Source: the human T2T-CHM13v2.0 reference genome, Homo sapiens. Taken from it: 64,000 nucleotides of DNA. Numbering within the stretch: position 1 is the stretch's first letter; each line of letters starts with the position of its first letter. Location of the stretch: the NCBI RefSeq assembly GCF_009914755.1, contig NC_060933.1. One strand, 5' to 3'. Below are positions 13,851 to 28,291 of this stretch, one piece after another. A program made the position numbers and the translations under genes. A model generated the notes under the pieces. It worked only from the letters and a program-made list of their open reading frames with translations, did not search any database and was not told the origin of the DNA.

Positions 13851-15646
13851 TTTCTAATTAGAAAAGAAGCTGAAGGAGGAAAACATTCATGAAACTCAAT
13901 AATAATAAAATAATAGGAGAATGCAACATAAAAATAGGAGAATGCAACACTACTCCTTATCTAAGCTTACTAAACATCAGTTGATCCCTCAACTTTCAAC
14001 TTAAAATAAGCCTTTGCCATGAGGGCTTCACTGAACACCCCAGTTGATAGCAATCTCTCCTTTCCACAAAAGTTTATGATAGGTGTTGTCAGTGGCACTG
14101 GTATGCACACTTGCAGAACTGCAGACTAATGTTATTTAAATATTTTATGCAACCATATTTCTCCAAGTAGATTATATGACCCATAAAAGCCAGGCATTTG
14201 ACTCTTCTAAATGCTTTATAATAGTAAATGTTCCTATATTTACTTAATAATTAACTGGAATTATTTTATTTGTATCCTGGCATGCACATTGCATACAATA
14301 CCCTCTCGTAGAGTCTAATTGGTGTTGAGGATTTATATTGATGAGTAGAAAAAGAGAATGGAAATGGTCATTGCACAGAAAAAAATCCCTGTATGCTAGA
14401 TGACCAAAAAGGAAAAAAATACCTAACAAAACTTTGTTAATTTAGATTGCATTTACTTAGGGAAGGAACTGAAGTACTTACCTTGCAAATTACTAGCAAA
14501 AATAAGATTCCAGGACTTCCAGACAAGAGGACACACAGAGCATCACTCTAAGCACACAGAAATGATGAATAAAAGACAGAAAAAAAATACTTTAAGCAGG
14601 GCTTGACAGCAAAAAGGAAAAATATCCGGGTACCAGAAATGAAGAAGAAACCTAAATTCATGGTGGCAAGAAGAAATGAAGTCATGAAGCCTTCAGGGTG
14701 TCCTGAATTGGTCATTAGCCTTCAGTTTATCTGGAAGCCAGTTGAACTAGAAATCGATGAATCTTCTGTGGGGCCTGTCCTGGCAAGAGTGAGATAATCT
14801 GCTGCAGAGGCTGTGGGTGGGCAGCCCAGGCCAGCTGGCTTCAGGAATGTGAAAGAGACTTAGACGGACCAAGAGCAGTGGGGCAAAACTGACTTTGACC
14901 AAACTGAGAGAGTCAGATTGCAAGTTACACCAGCTCAGAGACAGCTGATAGCAGCATAGTGAGAAGGGATCAGGCATAGGAGTTCCATCACCGCAGAGGT
15001 CAGAGAAGACCGAGAGCTATCACAAGGCCCAGTGGCGATGGGAGACTCCCTTCCTCCACCACCGCATGGCCATGTTTGCTATACCCGCAAGGCACCTATT
15101 CACCAGCACCTTGGAGAGCAAAGAGGGAATAGGCGGAAATGTGAGGAACTGGGCACGTTTAAATCAAAAGACTGAAAATTAACTTAAAGAGACTATTTCA
15201 GTTATTGCACTGGGCCACATTTACTGGATTTGACTTAAAATTTATATTTTTTCCTCCCATCTCTATATGGATAGAAACAATTGACACAAATGGAATCAAG
15301 TAATAGAAAATTTCTTTAAACTGCATTTTCACTATTCACCTGTGCACAGTGTAAATTTATAATCCTGCCGTACTATATCTCTCTGAAATTTTTAAAAATA
15401 TTTTTATTTTAAAGTCTCTTTCAGAACTGCTTTATTATCTCTATTTTGGGGTGGGGATAAGGAAGACTGAACTCTTCTTCCAGAATCCAAAATGTTAAAT
15501 TGGACAAAAAGACCCCACCTTTGGTATTTCTCTCAAATCAAGTAATATCCTCCTTCATTCTGGACCAAGGAAGAGTTGGGATTGATGTGTCTCTGCTGCC
15601 TCTATGTCTCTTCTACCCAAAATGCCTTGGGTAAAAAACATCAGGG

Positions 15647-15697
15647 TTTGTTTTGTTTTGTTTTGTTTTGTTTTTGTTTTTGTTTGTTTTTGTTTTC
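15647..15697. repeat. (TTTTG)n simple repeat
   Basis: Directly visible. Confidence 0.85.
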
Positions 15698-15742
15698 TTC
15701 CAGTTTCTGTCTCCTCGGGACTTTCCCTAGTACCACTAGTAC

Positions 15743-15876
15743 CAGAACCAGCTACGTAATTTTGGGGCCCAGTTCAAAATGAACAAGGGCTCTTTGATCA
15801 ATAAACCATTTGTGGCTCTTCTAAGCCTGGGGCCCTGTGTGTCTGTGTAGGTCACACCGCCATGAAGCTTGTCCTA
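15743..15876 (-). mobile_element. MER45A-like hAT-Tip100 MITE
   Basis: CCAGCTACGTAATTTTGGGGCCCAG..GGGGCCCTGTG..GGTCACACCGCCATGAAGC. Confidence 0.65.
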
Positions 15877-16004
15877 TCTATATACAAGGCCTTGAAGTGC
15901 TGGGCCCTGGGCTTCACTTCTCTGTATAATAATCCATTTCTTTCTGATTCTGGCCTGTTTCTTAGACCTTAAGGCTGGTTGGGATAGCCTCTCTACACTT
16001 ACAG

Positions 16005-16274
16005 GGAGCTGGAGAATTGCTTGAACACAGGAGGTGGAGGTTGCAGTGAGCCAAGATCAGGCCACTGCACTCCAGCCTGGGAGACAGAGTGAGACTCTGT
16101 CTCAAAAGAAACAAACAAACAAACAATTAACTGGGTGTGGTTATAGTCCCAATAAGCTGGGAGGCTGAGGAAGGAGGATCACTTGAACCTGGGAGGTTGA
16201 AGCTTCAGTGAACTGTAATCGCACCATTGCACTCAAGCATGGGCAACAGAGTGTCTCAAAAAAAAAAAAAAAAA
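16005..16274 (+). mobile_element. Two consecutive Alu right-arm fragments (S-type then J/FRAM-type)
   Basis: Right arm 16005-16124 with (AAAC)n tail, then a right arm 16125-16274 with poly(A); no left arm. Confidence 0.88.
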
Positions 16275-18669
16275 GGGAGGGTGAGGAGAAATCTTTTACA
16301 TATCTCATAAAATATTTAGTGCTTGAGTTCATTACAAAAGTTTAGAATATACACTGAAAAACACAAAAATATCTTTCTCTAAGAGTTCTTTATTACTCAA
16401 TTTATCACAGTAGTTGAAAAGGAATTTTCCATTTAATTGTTCAGATTTAGTGAAATTTTCATGGGCAAAAAGAGAAAAAAGTATGTAGTTCGGTAATGAT
16501 GAACATCAAATGATAAGGAAAGATTTCATTTTTTTAAAAAAATGTTGTTTTTCCTTGAACTAGGGAGCACAAATGATACCCAAAGGACCCTCTGTCACTT
16601 ACTGATGGGCCTTAGATTTTTAAAATTAGTTTCTAAGCCTCTTCAAAGAATCCAATTTTATCTTTAAGCTAGAAAACTGGAGCACAAAGAAGTCATTTTC
16701 AGAGAAAATGAATGCACAGTTTTCTTAAAAAAAAAATGCACACAGGATTCTGAATCTGGAGAAAAATATAAAACTAGTAGTGCCTGTATTTGAGTTACAT
16801 TTTGGATCTAAAGAGTTTGATGTAACTCCTAGAGGGTTAATAGCTGCTCTTGGTTAAAAAGTAAATAAGCAAGATCAATTTTCTAAAATCTCTTTCTTTT
16901 CATGAAGTAAACTTCAGCGTAAGTACAAGCTACAGTGTTCGTGAAGACAGACTCACAACTACGATGGAAAAGTAGATTTCTGTTATTATAGAGGAAGCTT
17001 GTCTCAATCCATGCTTTGTCTCCTTTACATAAAAAAATACAGTCATTGTATTAAACTCTGCCAACATCAGTAAAACTCAGGCGACACCCAGTTGTGTTCT
17101 CTTTGGGGAGGCTAAGTGATTTTCTCAAAGTCATGCAGGAATATGGCTCAGGAACAAGGGAGCCACCTGAGGTTGGCCTATGACTACTAAAATTACACTG
17201 AGCCCTTTGTGTAGAGTCCCTTGGTCATTTATCTCCAAATTAAAATAGCTCACAATTCACCTTGGGTCCTTTTGGCCTGTGAGGGTATGGGGACATAGAA
17301 ATACAGAGGACTAAGGCATGGTGGGGCATCTTTTGGGTAAACCCAAGGGCCTTCCCTGATTCCCAGGATCAGAGAGCACAGAATGGAAACCAAACAACCA
17401 TGCTCTTTAGAGATGGCCGTTTAAGTGAACTCTGTCTTGGGTTAGGCTACTTCTGTAGAGGGAGGTTTCTTCCTTTGGCCGTCACCAGCTTTTGTGGGCA
17501 CAGACCTGGTTAGTGGGGAGATGATCAAGACCATCGCAGGCCTGAAGGGCTATGTGTGGCCATGGGCAGTTCAGCTGGCCCTTGTGCCTTTGTGCTGCTG
17601 GCTCTTGGCAACAATACTTGGATGGAGAGATCAAAATACAGAATTGGTCATAAATAAACTTTCTTGGATGTTGGCCAAAAATGAATCTTCATAGTTAGGT
17701 AAACCATGAAGAGAATTTGTGAACTTTAAAAGAAAACCATATCCTGTGGTGCATGGAAAAAATCCAGTTTTCTATACATTTAGTAGGTGTAAGTAGCCAC
17801 TTGTCAGGCTAAGATATAGGGTCCTCTCGCTCCTTCAGGGTTCCAGACCTCAGTGGTTTTTTGGCTCATTGGTTTGGTTAGGAGATCAGTCAGCTCTCTG
17901 GAAAGTTTTTTCAGCCTGGGGTATGGTGGCCACCTCTCAAGACTCAGCCGTGTCTTTGGATTCCTGGGTGAACAATACAACTTGACCGAAATTTCTGTTG
18001 CTCTGAGACTCTGAGAAGTTCCCTCTCTTGACATCCCTGTGCCATTAAAGGCTAAAACTTGAGGCAAAAGTAAGCAGACTTCTGTACCCTACCAGCCAGG
18101 CAAAACCACAGGCTGGGTACAGATGTCTGTAGCCCAGCAACTCCTCAAAGACTCCACTGTCTTTTTTGTGCATGAAATTGCTTGCTATATGATCTGATTT
18201 TGTGAAGTCTCGGTCCTCTGATTTCAGGCAGCTTTCTTTAAACTATGAGAAGGAGGTGTGGGAGTTAACGAGCAGCAAAACTACTCAAGTCCATTGAGCC
18301 TCAGGATTCCAAAGTTCAGGGCCAGGGATTGTCTCTGGACTCAGCCCAGCCAAGAAATGAGTAAGGCATTTCCAGAACTGCCTCTGGGCACTGGCATGTG
18401 TACTTGTGTGTTGACAGCAAAACTAAGGACTGTACTCTGATTCCTTACTGAAGAGTATCTCTCAGCGGGTCCAAAGTCAAGAAGTTACCCAAAACGGGCC
18501 GTAATCTGGAGTAAGCTAGAGTCTAAGATCATCTCGAGATAGAGCCAGATCCCTCCCCTAAACCACACAGCAGAATAGTCCTCCGTCGTTTTTCTGGGGG
18601 CCTCCTTATCCGCTGCACAAAGATGTATGTTCTGAATTATATGTGTTGAACTTAATTCGGTGCCTGTAG

Positions 18670-18996
<327 letters not shown>

Positions 18997-19695
18997 AACT
19001 GCAGGAAAATTCTTGATAGCCAAGAGGGCTTTTTAAAAAAGAGTGTTATGCTAAACTTGCAAATCAGACAATGGCAGGCAAAGGCACATGAAATTAGACT
19101 CCCCATCTGAAACTGAGTACTTTCTCCAGCCAAACTTCCTGAGACCTTTTTGTGTGTTTGAATGAGATTTAGTTCGCACTCTTGAAACAGGACACCTCTC
19201 TTCATGCCATATGGATGAGGGTATAAGCACCCTGTTAGCAGGCATGGGGTCCCTAGCCAGAGTCACCTCCTTGAGTGAGTGGGTGATTATTTCTTTTCTT
19301 TTGCTATATTTAACCAAGAATTATACACTACATCCCAGGATCTCACTTTCTATAGACTATATTCCCTACAATAATAACTGCTTACCCTCCAGAATCCACG
19401 TGACCCATCTTATTCAGGTCAAAACCTCAGTGCACGGGATTGTCCCAGGCACAGTTTAGCACAGCCGCACTCACATGGAACAGTGCACTATTCAAGGGGC
19501 TTTCTCGAGCCTCTCACTGCGGTCCTGGGATCAGGAGAATAACCCCATTGGCAGCACTGGAGTGATGCATAAGTGTCCCTGAGCTCCTTGATCAGATGAC
19601 ACTCTCCCTCTAGGAAAACATGCTACCCCAAATTCCACCCTCAAAGAGTCATTCCTTTGGAATAAGCTACTGTCACCTTTAAGAGTTCCCTGAGT

Positions 19696-20029
<334 letters not shown>

Positions 20030-20044
20030 AGAGTTCCCTGAGTC

Positions 20045-20295
20045 AAAGTAGTAGAGTTGGAAAGTGTCCTGGATTTGGAGTTGGGCACATCTGGGTCCCA
20101 AAGCAAACTCTGCCACTTGGCGGCTGTGTGACTATCTGCAAGCAACTTAACCTCCTTGAGCCTCAGGTTGGCTTTGTGTAAACTTACAGGGCTCCTGTAA
20201 GGCAGGGCTCATTTAGGCAATGCATATAGAGGGGTAAGCACATGGCTGATATCTTGTAGGTGCCCAATAAACTATAGGTATCACTATGATTATTA
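20045..20295 (+). mobile_element. MIR SINE
   Basis: CTCTGCCACTT..GCTGTGTGAC..CTTAACCTC..GAGCCTCAG. Confidence 0.75.
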
Positions 20296-20479
20296 AATAC
20301 AAGCACTTCTAGGAACAATAACTTGGCACGAAATAGACAAGTTTCCTTTGACACAGTACATAGCTAGCTCAAAATCAGGTAAAGAATGAAATGGGTGCTA
20401 CTCTCCTAGTGACACCTCATAGCCCAGGAACTGTAAGAAGGATCTCAGAAAAGAGGGGAAGGAGGAGTCAAAGACAAGC

Positions 20480-21010
20480 TTTATCACCTTTGGAATCTGG
20501 CTTCTTAATCATACCCCATCTTTTAACAGCTAGGGACACTAACTCAGCAAACCTCTTGGCTAATGTCATATAGTTAATTGAGCAGCAGCTGGAATGAGAG
20601 CCTATACACCCTGTTTCCAGCCATAGACCCTTTTCACCAACTGAGCATTGCACCTATACAATGATGAAAGAGTCAGTGGTGGCAAAACACTGGATCAGGA
20701 ATCAAATACCTGCTTTCTAACTAGAAAGGGGCATGTGGGAAAGTCCTGGGGGCAATGAAATGTTCTATATCTTGATTAGCATGCGTTTGGTATGGTTACA
20801 TAGACATACATATTTATCAAAATGTATCAACTGGGCACTTCAGTTCTGTGTGTTCTATGGTACAAAAATTATACATCAGTAAAATTAGTTAGTCAAAAAA
20901 TATATTTTCCGGCCCCAGCTCTAACACTAATGAGCTGAGTGGTCTTGGCCAAGTCAATCCAAGTCGACTCTCTTTGCTTTACCTTTCTTTTCCTTGTAAT
21001 GATGGGTTAT
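20480..21010. mobile_element. MIR fragments plus an L1MC/ME 3' fragment (20720-20905)
   Basis: CCCCATCTTTTAACAG; GAAATGTTCTATATCTTGAT; GCTGAGTGGTCTTGGCCAAGTCA. Confidence 0.55.
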
Positions 21011-22015
21011 AATTAGACAAAGTTCCTTCCACCTCAACAATATGATTTGGTAAACAGGACCTCTTTCTTTCATTTCAGTCGCTATTGTATTCACACTGAG
21101 TTCAGCAGCAGAGCCGGAGAGACTGGCCCACAATTTAGGAGGACTGGGGACTGGTATGTGCAAGTGATCCAGTGTCTTTCTTTTGCATCACTAACTCTCC
21201 AGCTACACTTTAAAGAGCATGATTGGTTTTCCACAGGGATCCGACAAAGCAATATGATTGAGCCCTGGTATGAGAATGATCTGGCCTCAGAAAAGTTGTA
21301 TCTGCCACCAGAGATAACAACTTTCACATGGAGAGCAGAGAAAATGTTTCCTGGACAATGGGAATGACTGACAGATATTAGATGGGAGGAAATTGAAGGC
21401 TTTGCCAAGTTTCATGATAAAATGCTATTTCTCACGGTAGGGTCAAGCTGTCTCTATTGCAGCTATTGCTTTTAAAATACAAAGGGAACACAGCAGATTC
21501 AACAGAGTGCATCAGATTTTACAAAGAGTATGTGATCAAAGACTGCTTGTTTCATTTATAAATGAAATCGCATGACTATTAGAGCAACAAAGATCATCAA
21601 CAATGAATTTGGAATTTGCTGATGAACCAAAAGCTGAAAAACATCAGTAAGAAAATCTCTAAAGGTTTGATTACAAAGCCTTTTGGATGTAAAATGCCCA
21701 CCAATGTTTGCAAGATTACACATGTAAAAAGGTTAAATTGGACTTTCAGGCAAGAGCATTATACCAGGAGCTGGAATTGGCATTTTCAAAATATTTTAAT
21801 AAGTGTTTCAAAAGGTGGAATATATTGACTGGTACGAAATCTTACTGTTTCCAAAGACTAGAAATCTAAAATTGAAATCTAGCATGTATAAATCATTGAA
21901 TATTAGTGAGTTTACTTATACAAACAGAACTGAAACAAAAGTTCTATTTTAGTTTCAAGTTGCATTTAAAAATGAGTGGAATTTGTTCTTATTTAAAATC
22001 TTTGGGGAATAACCC

Positions 22016-22422
22016 TGTGATCTTTAATTTTGTATCAACTTGACTGGGTTACAAGGTGCCCAGAAGTTTGGTTAAACTTTATTCTGGTTGTGTCTGTGAA
22101 GGTGTTTCTGGATGAAATTAACATTTGAATCAGTAGATTGAATAAAGCAGATTGCCCCTCCCAAGTGTGGGTGGGCCTCATCCAATCCCCTGGAAGCTTT
22201 AATAGAACCACAGCCTGAGTAAGGAAGAATCCCCTCTCTGACTGTTTTCAAGCTGGGAAATCAGTCTTCTCTTGCCTTCAGTTTGGACTAGATTTTACAC
22301 TATCGCTCTCCTGCTTCTCAGGCCTCCAGACTCAGACTTTATCCCATAAACTCTCCTGGGTTTCCAGCTTGCTGACTGTAGATCTCGGGACTTTTCAGCC
22401 TCCAGAATAATGTGAACTAATT

Positions 22423-22455
<33 letters not shown>

Positions 22456-22510
22456 ATGTGTATGTGTCTTCTATTGGGTCTGTTTCTCTAGAAAACTCCT
22501 CAAATGACTC
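22016..22510 (+). mobile_element. MLT2 (ERVL) solo LTR with internal (TG)n
   Basis: TAATTTTGTATCAACTTGACTGGG..GTGTTTCTGGATGAAATTAACATTTGAATCAG..CTATTGGGTCTGTTTCTCTAGAAAAC. Confidence 0.88.
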
Positions 22511-22569
22511 ATTGACTCACGTGAACATCATTCAACTTTCAACTTTTTGGGGATTAGGTATCAAAATTT

Positions 22570-23200
22570 ACATTGAGCATAAGCCTTTGATCAAACTAGT
22601 GGCCTTCTAGGAATTTATCCTACAGAAATACCTGGACATGGTCAAAGAACTGAATACAGGGATCAGGGCCACCACATTGCATAGTGTCAGGAGGCACCAT
22701 TCCCATTGAATCTGTGTCAATGGTGCCTCTGAAGTGGACAAAGATGTTTGCTGTTAAATTGTTTGAAATGGCAAACGAACAACGCAAATTTCCACCATTA
22801 GAGGGTCATTAAACAAGTTATATTACATCTACATTATAGGATATTATGGATATTATGCCTTTGTTTTTTAAAAAATAAGATAGGTCTGTATGATCTAATA
22901 AGAACAGATGCCCAAGATGAGAAAAGCAAGGACAAGGGCAGAACAGTGTGTACAGTATGTTCCCATTTGTGTGTATGTATATGTGTGTATGTACATATCC
23001 ATATGTATATATGTGTATGTGTGTATATATGCAAAGAAAATTTCCAGAAGGCTGCATAAACTGTAAATACTAGTTGCTGCTAGAAAGTGAGACTGGTCGC
23101 CAGAGTAACAAGGAATTCTACTTTTTTTTGTATACTCGTTTTAATGCTCGATTTTTTTTAACCATGGCCTAGTATCACTTTTGTAATTTACAAAAAAAAG
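22570..23200 (+). mobile_element. Old L1MC/ME 3' fragment
   Basis: TTCTAGGAATTTATCCTACAGAAATA..CAGAACAGTGTGTACAGTATG. Confidence 0.6.
22665..22740. mobile_element. MER91-like palindromic hAT-Tip100 MITE remnant inside L1
   Basis: Inverted arms GAGGCACCATT / AATGGTGCCTC. Confidence 0.55.
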
Positions 23201-25349
23201 ACTAATACAAAGTTGATAAATTTATTCAATAATTATCAGGTACCAAGCAATGTGCCAAGTACCTTCACAAACCGAAATGTTCATTGTCCAGTGAAATTTT
23301 CTCATTTCATGGTATAGTTTTTGCTGGTAGTATAATTGGTGGTGATGTTAGGAGTGGTGAATTAAACAAGCATTTTTGTGTACCTACTATGTTCCAGCAC
23401 GTTTCTAGTTGCTGGGGATACACCAGGGCCCAAGAAGAGAAAATATTGGCCTTCGTAATCCTTACCATCTCCCTATTTAGATGGGAGTTTTGCAGTCTGT
23501 GCACCACATTCACATGGCCTTGGCATGCCTTGTACAGTAGTCTTTCTACAGATGCTCCAGAGGAATGGGCACACGTGTGTATGTGTGCACATATGTGTTT
23601 ATGTGTGTACATATGTGTCCAGGTTACAGTCTGACTGGCATTCAACAGATAACCTATATGGTAAGCAGATGAGGTGTGTAAAAGGTCCCTGTAAGATGTA
23701 AAATCTTAGTAATGACCAGAGTCATCTTATAGAAGTCAGTGTGGGCTACCACTGCTGCTGCCTCCACTCTTCCACTCCAAGACTTTCAGGCTGGCTGTAG
23801 TTCAAGATGTGGCTGGGTTCCTAATCCCTTAACACTCCTCACTAGTCCCATCGTCAGCAATCCCAACTGGTAGGACCATGGTGGCTTGTAGAGGCAGAGA
23901 CTTGCAAAGTTTCCTGAAAGGGAGGTTCCAAGTACCTCATTCTGGTTTGTTGGTCATCCAGGTTTACTACTCTCCTGCGGTCGAAAGTGGCTTCTTCCAG
24001 TTAAGTCAATTGCTGAAGTTGTTCCAGTATGTCCCACACCCTAAACGTTCAGGAACGCCCACCGCTCTGCATACACCGAGATGAGCGCGTGTGAATCTCC
24101 CTGAGCACTTCCTGCTTCCTGGCTCCATTGCTTGAGTGGCTGGAACTGGCATATGGCTCATCAGATCTTTTCTCCTTACCTTACTGCCTTTACCTAGTGG
24201 ATTCACCCAAACTGCTTTTGGAATCACTGTCCTTAGAAACAGCTGCTTACCTTCCTTCACAGCAAAGAGCAGGACAGGCTTCTGCATGCTATTTCTACTG
24301 TAATGAGACTAAATCCTACAATCTTTCAGCTGACCCCTTGGTGAGCTACTGCCCACCTCCTACCACCTTTAAGTGATTCCCTCTCATCTTCAGAGGAATA
24401 ATAGCTTCTGACTGTTGACAGGGGCAACAGACCCACTAAATGTTTTATTTAATATTTTGTAGAAAGAACTTGGGAGTATACAGTACCCGTGAGATCCAAG
24501 ACCTGGATTTTAATTTAATTTTAGAACTAAAATGTATTTAAAATGGTAACATTGCCTGCATTGGCTCTTGGGAGTACAATAAACAGACATTGATTTCTGC
24601 TGAAGTTAACATCAAGAATTATTGAACTGAGAGGTACACACTGCCCCGGTCTCCACTTTAGTTAATATTTACCTTGAAAAATAATTAATCTTGATGTTAA
24701 ATAAAAGCGGGCACCAATATATGTATTCTTCCTTTGTTCTATGCTGAGATGAATGTTAAGTATATAACATATAAATGTATTTTCTGTATATACTTATATA
24801 TACATTTATTTTCTGTATATATTTACAAGTGTGTTTATATATACATATAATGTATTTTAAGCATTTTACTGGAATGTCAGGATTTGCAAAAAAAAAAAAA
24901 ATTACACAAATTGAAGCCCATATAAGGTATTCCCCATCTCCTAATGAAGTCATCATTTCCCTTTGCTGTTTTTACTCAATGAGGGCACAGGTTTTATGCA
25001 AACCATGCTATTTGTTCTGGAGAGGCAGCAGGCTGAGGAGGATTGGAATCATCACCTAACCGCCTGACCCACCTGTGGCTTTTAGTCAGTTTAACATCAA
25101 CGCGCTCTGTGTCTCAGCATGTTTTCCACATGTGAAGAGGAGCAGCAACAAAAGAGCATGCGACTGACTATGTTTGGTCATTAGGAGAAAAACATGATCC
25201 ATCTCAGAGACTGAAACCCTCCCAGCCAAAGTCCACTTGCTTTCTGTACCTGGAAAATCATCCCCACCAGCTCAGACAGATGTGACTGATGGCCAGTAAT
25301 GCTAATACAAATATTACTAGTAATATTAATTTGCTGTCGTTTCAATAAC

Positions 25350-25580
25350 TGCTAACATACCTTAAGCCCTTTGCATTTACTTCGCCACTTTAGCCTTTTC
25401 CGAGGATTATCTCATTTATTCCTCACCTTAACTCGATGAGTTGATATTATCGGACCCATTTTATAAAAGAAAAAATTGAGGATGAGAGATATCCAGTCCT
25501 TTGCTCATGGCAAAGGACCATTAATAAGTTTCAGGGTTAACGTTTGAACCAATCCTTTTTTATTCCAAAGCTTATGTTCT
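25350..25580 (-). mobile_element. MIR SINE
   Basis: ATCTCATTTATTCCTCAC..CCCATTTTATA..AAATTGAGG..TTTGAACC. Confidence 0.7.
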
Positions 25581-25944
25581 TAAAATTCTGTTAGGCTGCC
25601 TTTTCCTGACACAGAGTTGTGTTGAGTGTGTTGAGGCACAGACACCTTGAAGGGTGCTGCAGAAAGAGTTGTTCACTTGGGAGCAGGCATTTCCTAGCCA
25701 TGTGCATTTGGGAATGATGCCACTGAGGTGGAGGAGCTGGCTGCTCAGGGAGGCACATGACAAGAGGAAACAGAGGAATATCTGATGGCATTATTTCCAC
25801 AATAGCCAGCCTCCAAATAGCCTTGACCTCATTCTTGCATTGTCCCAATGCCTTTGTCCTAGCCTTGACATTTTCTTTCTGAAACAGGCCACACTTTGCA
25901 GCATCAGTCAAGAGTACACATGAAACTCAACACTATTGTTATTG

Positions 25945-26316
25945 GATGCTGTGGAACACCTTTGGTCCCTACTTTAGGGCCGATGCACTCATTCCTGGGA
26001 GTGTTATTGCTGCCAGCTGCCAGCTGTCCCTCTTTGGAAACTGTCCTCTGTAGAAAGGAGCAGTTTCACTGTTTTCTCTAGGCAGTCTTAATGTAATGAC
26101 TGGTGGATGTAAGGCAGTACCAAAGACTGACCTCCTTGTCTCAAGAAGGGACTCCTCTGATGGGACACCTCAGTTCCAAAGGTCCCTGTGAGATTGGCTG
26201 AAATATCTCTTGCAATTGCATTAAAGTTAAACTTCTCCTTCTCCTTCTGACCAATCTTGCTTCTCTTACTCCCCTAAAGATGCTGTTCCCTTTCCTGTGG
26301 AACCCAATCTAAGACA
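25945..26316 (+). mobile_element. LTR16-like ERVL LTR
   Basis: GGGCCGATGCACTCATTCC..CTCCTTGTCTCAAG..GATTGGCTGA..GGAACCCAATCTAAGACA. Confidence 0.65.
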
Positions 26317-28003
26317 ACAGTTCATATAAATACAATAGGGTTGACCCCGTTCCCTTCCATTCTCTAATCAATAGTGTTCTGCATGCAAGGAGATTTAGAT
26401 TTACAAGGCTGTGGTGTATTAACCACTTCTCTCTGTTACTCGCCTGAGATGCCAAGATAAATCCTGGAACAGAATCTAAGTAGAAGCCCAAGCTTTTGGG
26501 TCTCCACATTTCTACCCTAGCCAGTCCATAAGCAGTTGTGATTTGACCTTGCTCTGACCTCGCAAATATAAAGGGAAGAGTCGGCATTAAAAGTCAGTGA
26601 AGGCTCCTAACCACCTTTCCTTACCTTGTTGTAACATGATCATTTTATTACATCTTAAAACCCTAAATTTGGTTGCAGATCAGTAGAAAATCTACAGCCT
26701 AATTTGAAGCTCTTTCCCCAATGGTAAAGGGAGGGACCTTGTAAATTGAAGTTTGTATGTTGTTTTTGCAAGTTTGGAATGTTATCTCTCTTCTCCTCAT
26801 CCAAAAGAAAGAAAATATGCAAGCAGTTTAATGGGAAAAATCTAAGTGAAATTCCAACGATTAATTGATATCCTTTCCCTAGATTAGCAAAAAATAAATG
26901 GTCAGCAAAGAGGGATAAATCTACTTACAAAATATTGGATCACTAAAGGGTGCTCACCAGCTCCCCGCAAGAGCCACACATGCCTAGGGAGGCAGCTGTC
27001 AAGACAAAACCCAGGACTGGCCATTGTGTATCAAATTAGTCTCTTTTCCCTGAAACCAGTGGAAAGGGGGAGATTTTTTAAATGCATTTTTGCCATGGAT
27101 TTTTTTCCTTCTTTCTTTCCTTCTTTCTTTTTACCTACTTTCCTTTCTTTTAAAAGAATATTCTCTCAGCTAGGAAGGAATCTCTCATTCTTTTTGCTGA
27201 CTGGCTTGTGCACAACTGGAAATTATAAAAGAAATTGCTGTATCATTGATGTAGTAAGAAAACAGGAAGACAATTTTCATCCCAAAATGAGCCATCTCAG
27301 CTGAAGCTCCCTTTGTAGTTGATGACCACACGCTTTCCATCTCGGCATGGGGCCAGTTTTATTAAAATCCTATAGCAACGGCTTATTTTTCAAACAGCAC
27401 TCAAAAACAGGCATTTTATGATGAATTTCCCTCAAAGTTGCTCATGGTCATGTGTTTGCTGCCTTCAAGGACTCCAGTGGCAAAGGGATCTTACCTTATG
27501 CGGCAATGCCTGGATATTATTCTTGTGGTCAAAAACATTTTTGCACCCTCAGGTAACGCCCCATCAAAGAGGAGGATGCATGGAAAAGCACAAAGGAACT
27601 AGGGGCCCAGCTTTTGGTGCATCATTTCATTCCACAAATAGAGCAAACTCTGCAGGACCTAGAGAGCTTGCCAGAGAACCCTGCTATCATGTTGGAGAAC
27701 AATGGGGGAGGCATTCAAAATGCCTAATTTCAAGGAGCCTGGATCAGAATGAGGTAGAATTTGAGGAGTTAGAGGGAGGAAGGAGAGAGATGAAGAAGGT
27801 AGCAAGGGAGAAATGCTGGCAATCAAAGAGAAGATAGAGGCAGAAGAAAAAGAGAGGAAAAGAGAAGAGAGGAGAGAAGTGAACACTGGTCCATTATTTA
27901 CTCTGTGAATTGGAGATCAGTTCCATTAGGCCCAAGAGACAGCTTTGACTTAGGAAACCACCAAAAATAGAAGTGATCAAAAACCAATAATTAAGAATAA
28001 GCT

Positions 28004-28291
<288 letters not shown>

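Noticed and set aside
14490-15370. Possible ancient LTR (MamGyp-like) or L1 5' region
   Set aside because: Resemblance too weak to assign without a Dfam search
27495-27658. Possible minus-strand exon (donor AAG|GTAAGA)
   Set aside because: Acceptor mediocre and no supporting coding signal
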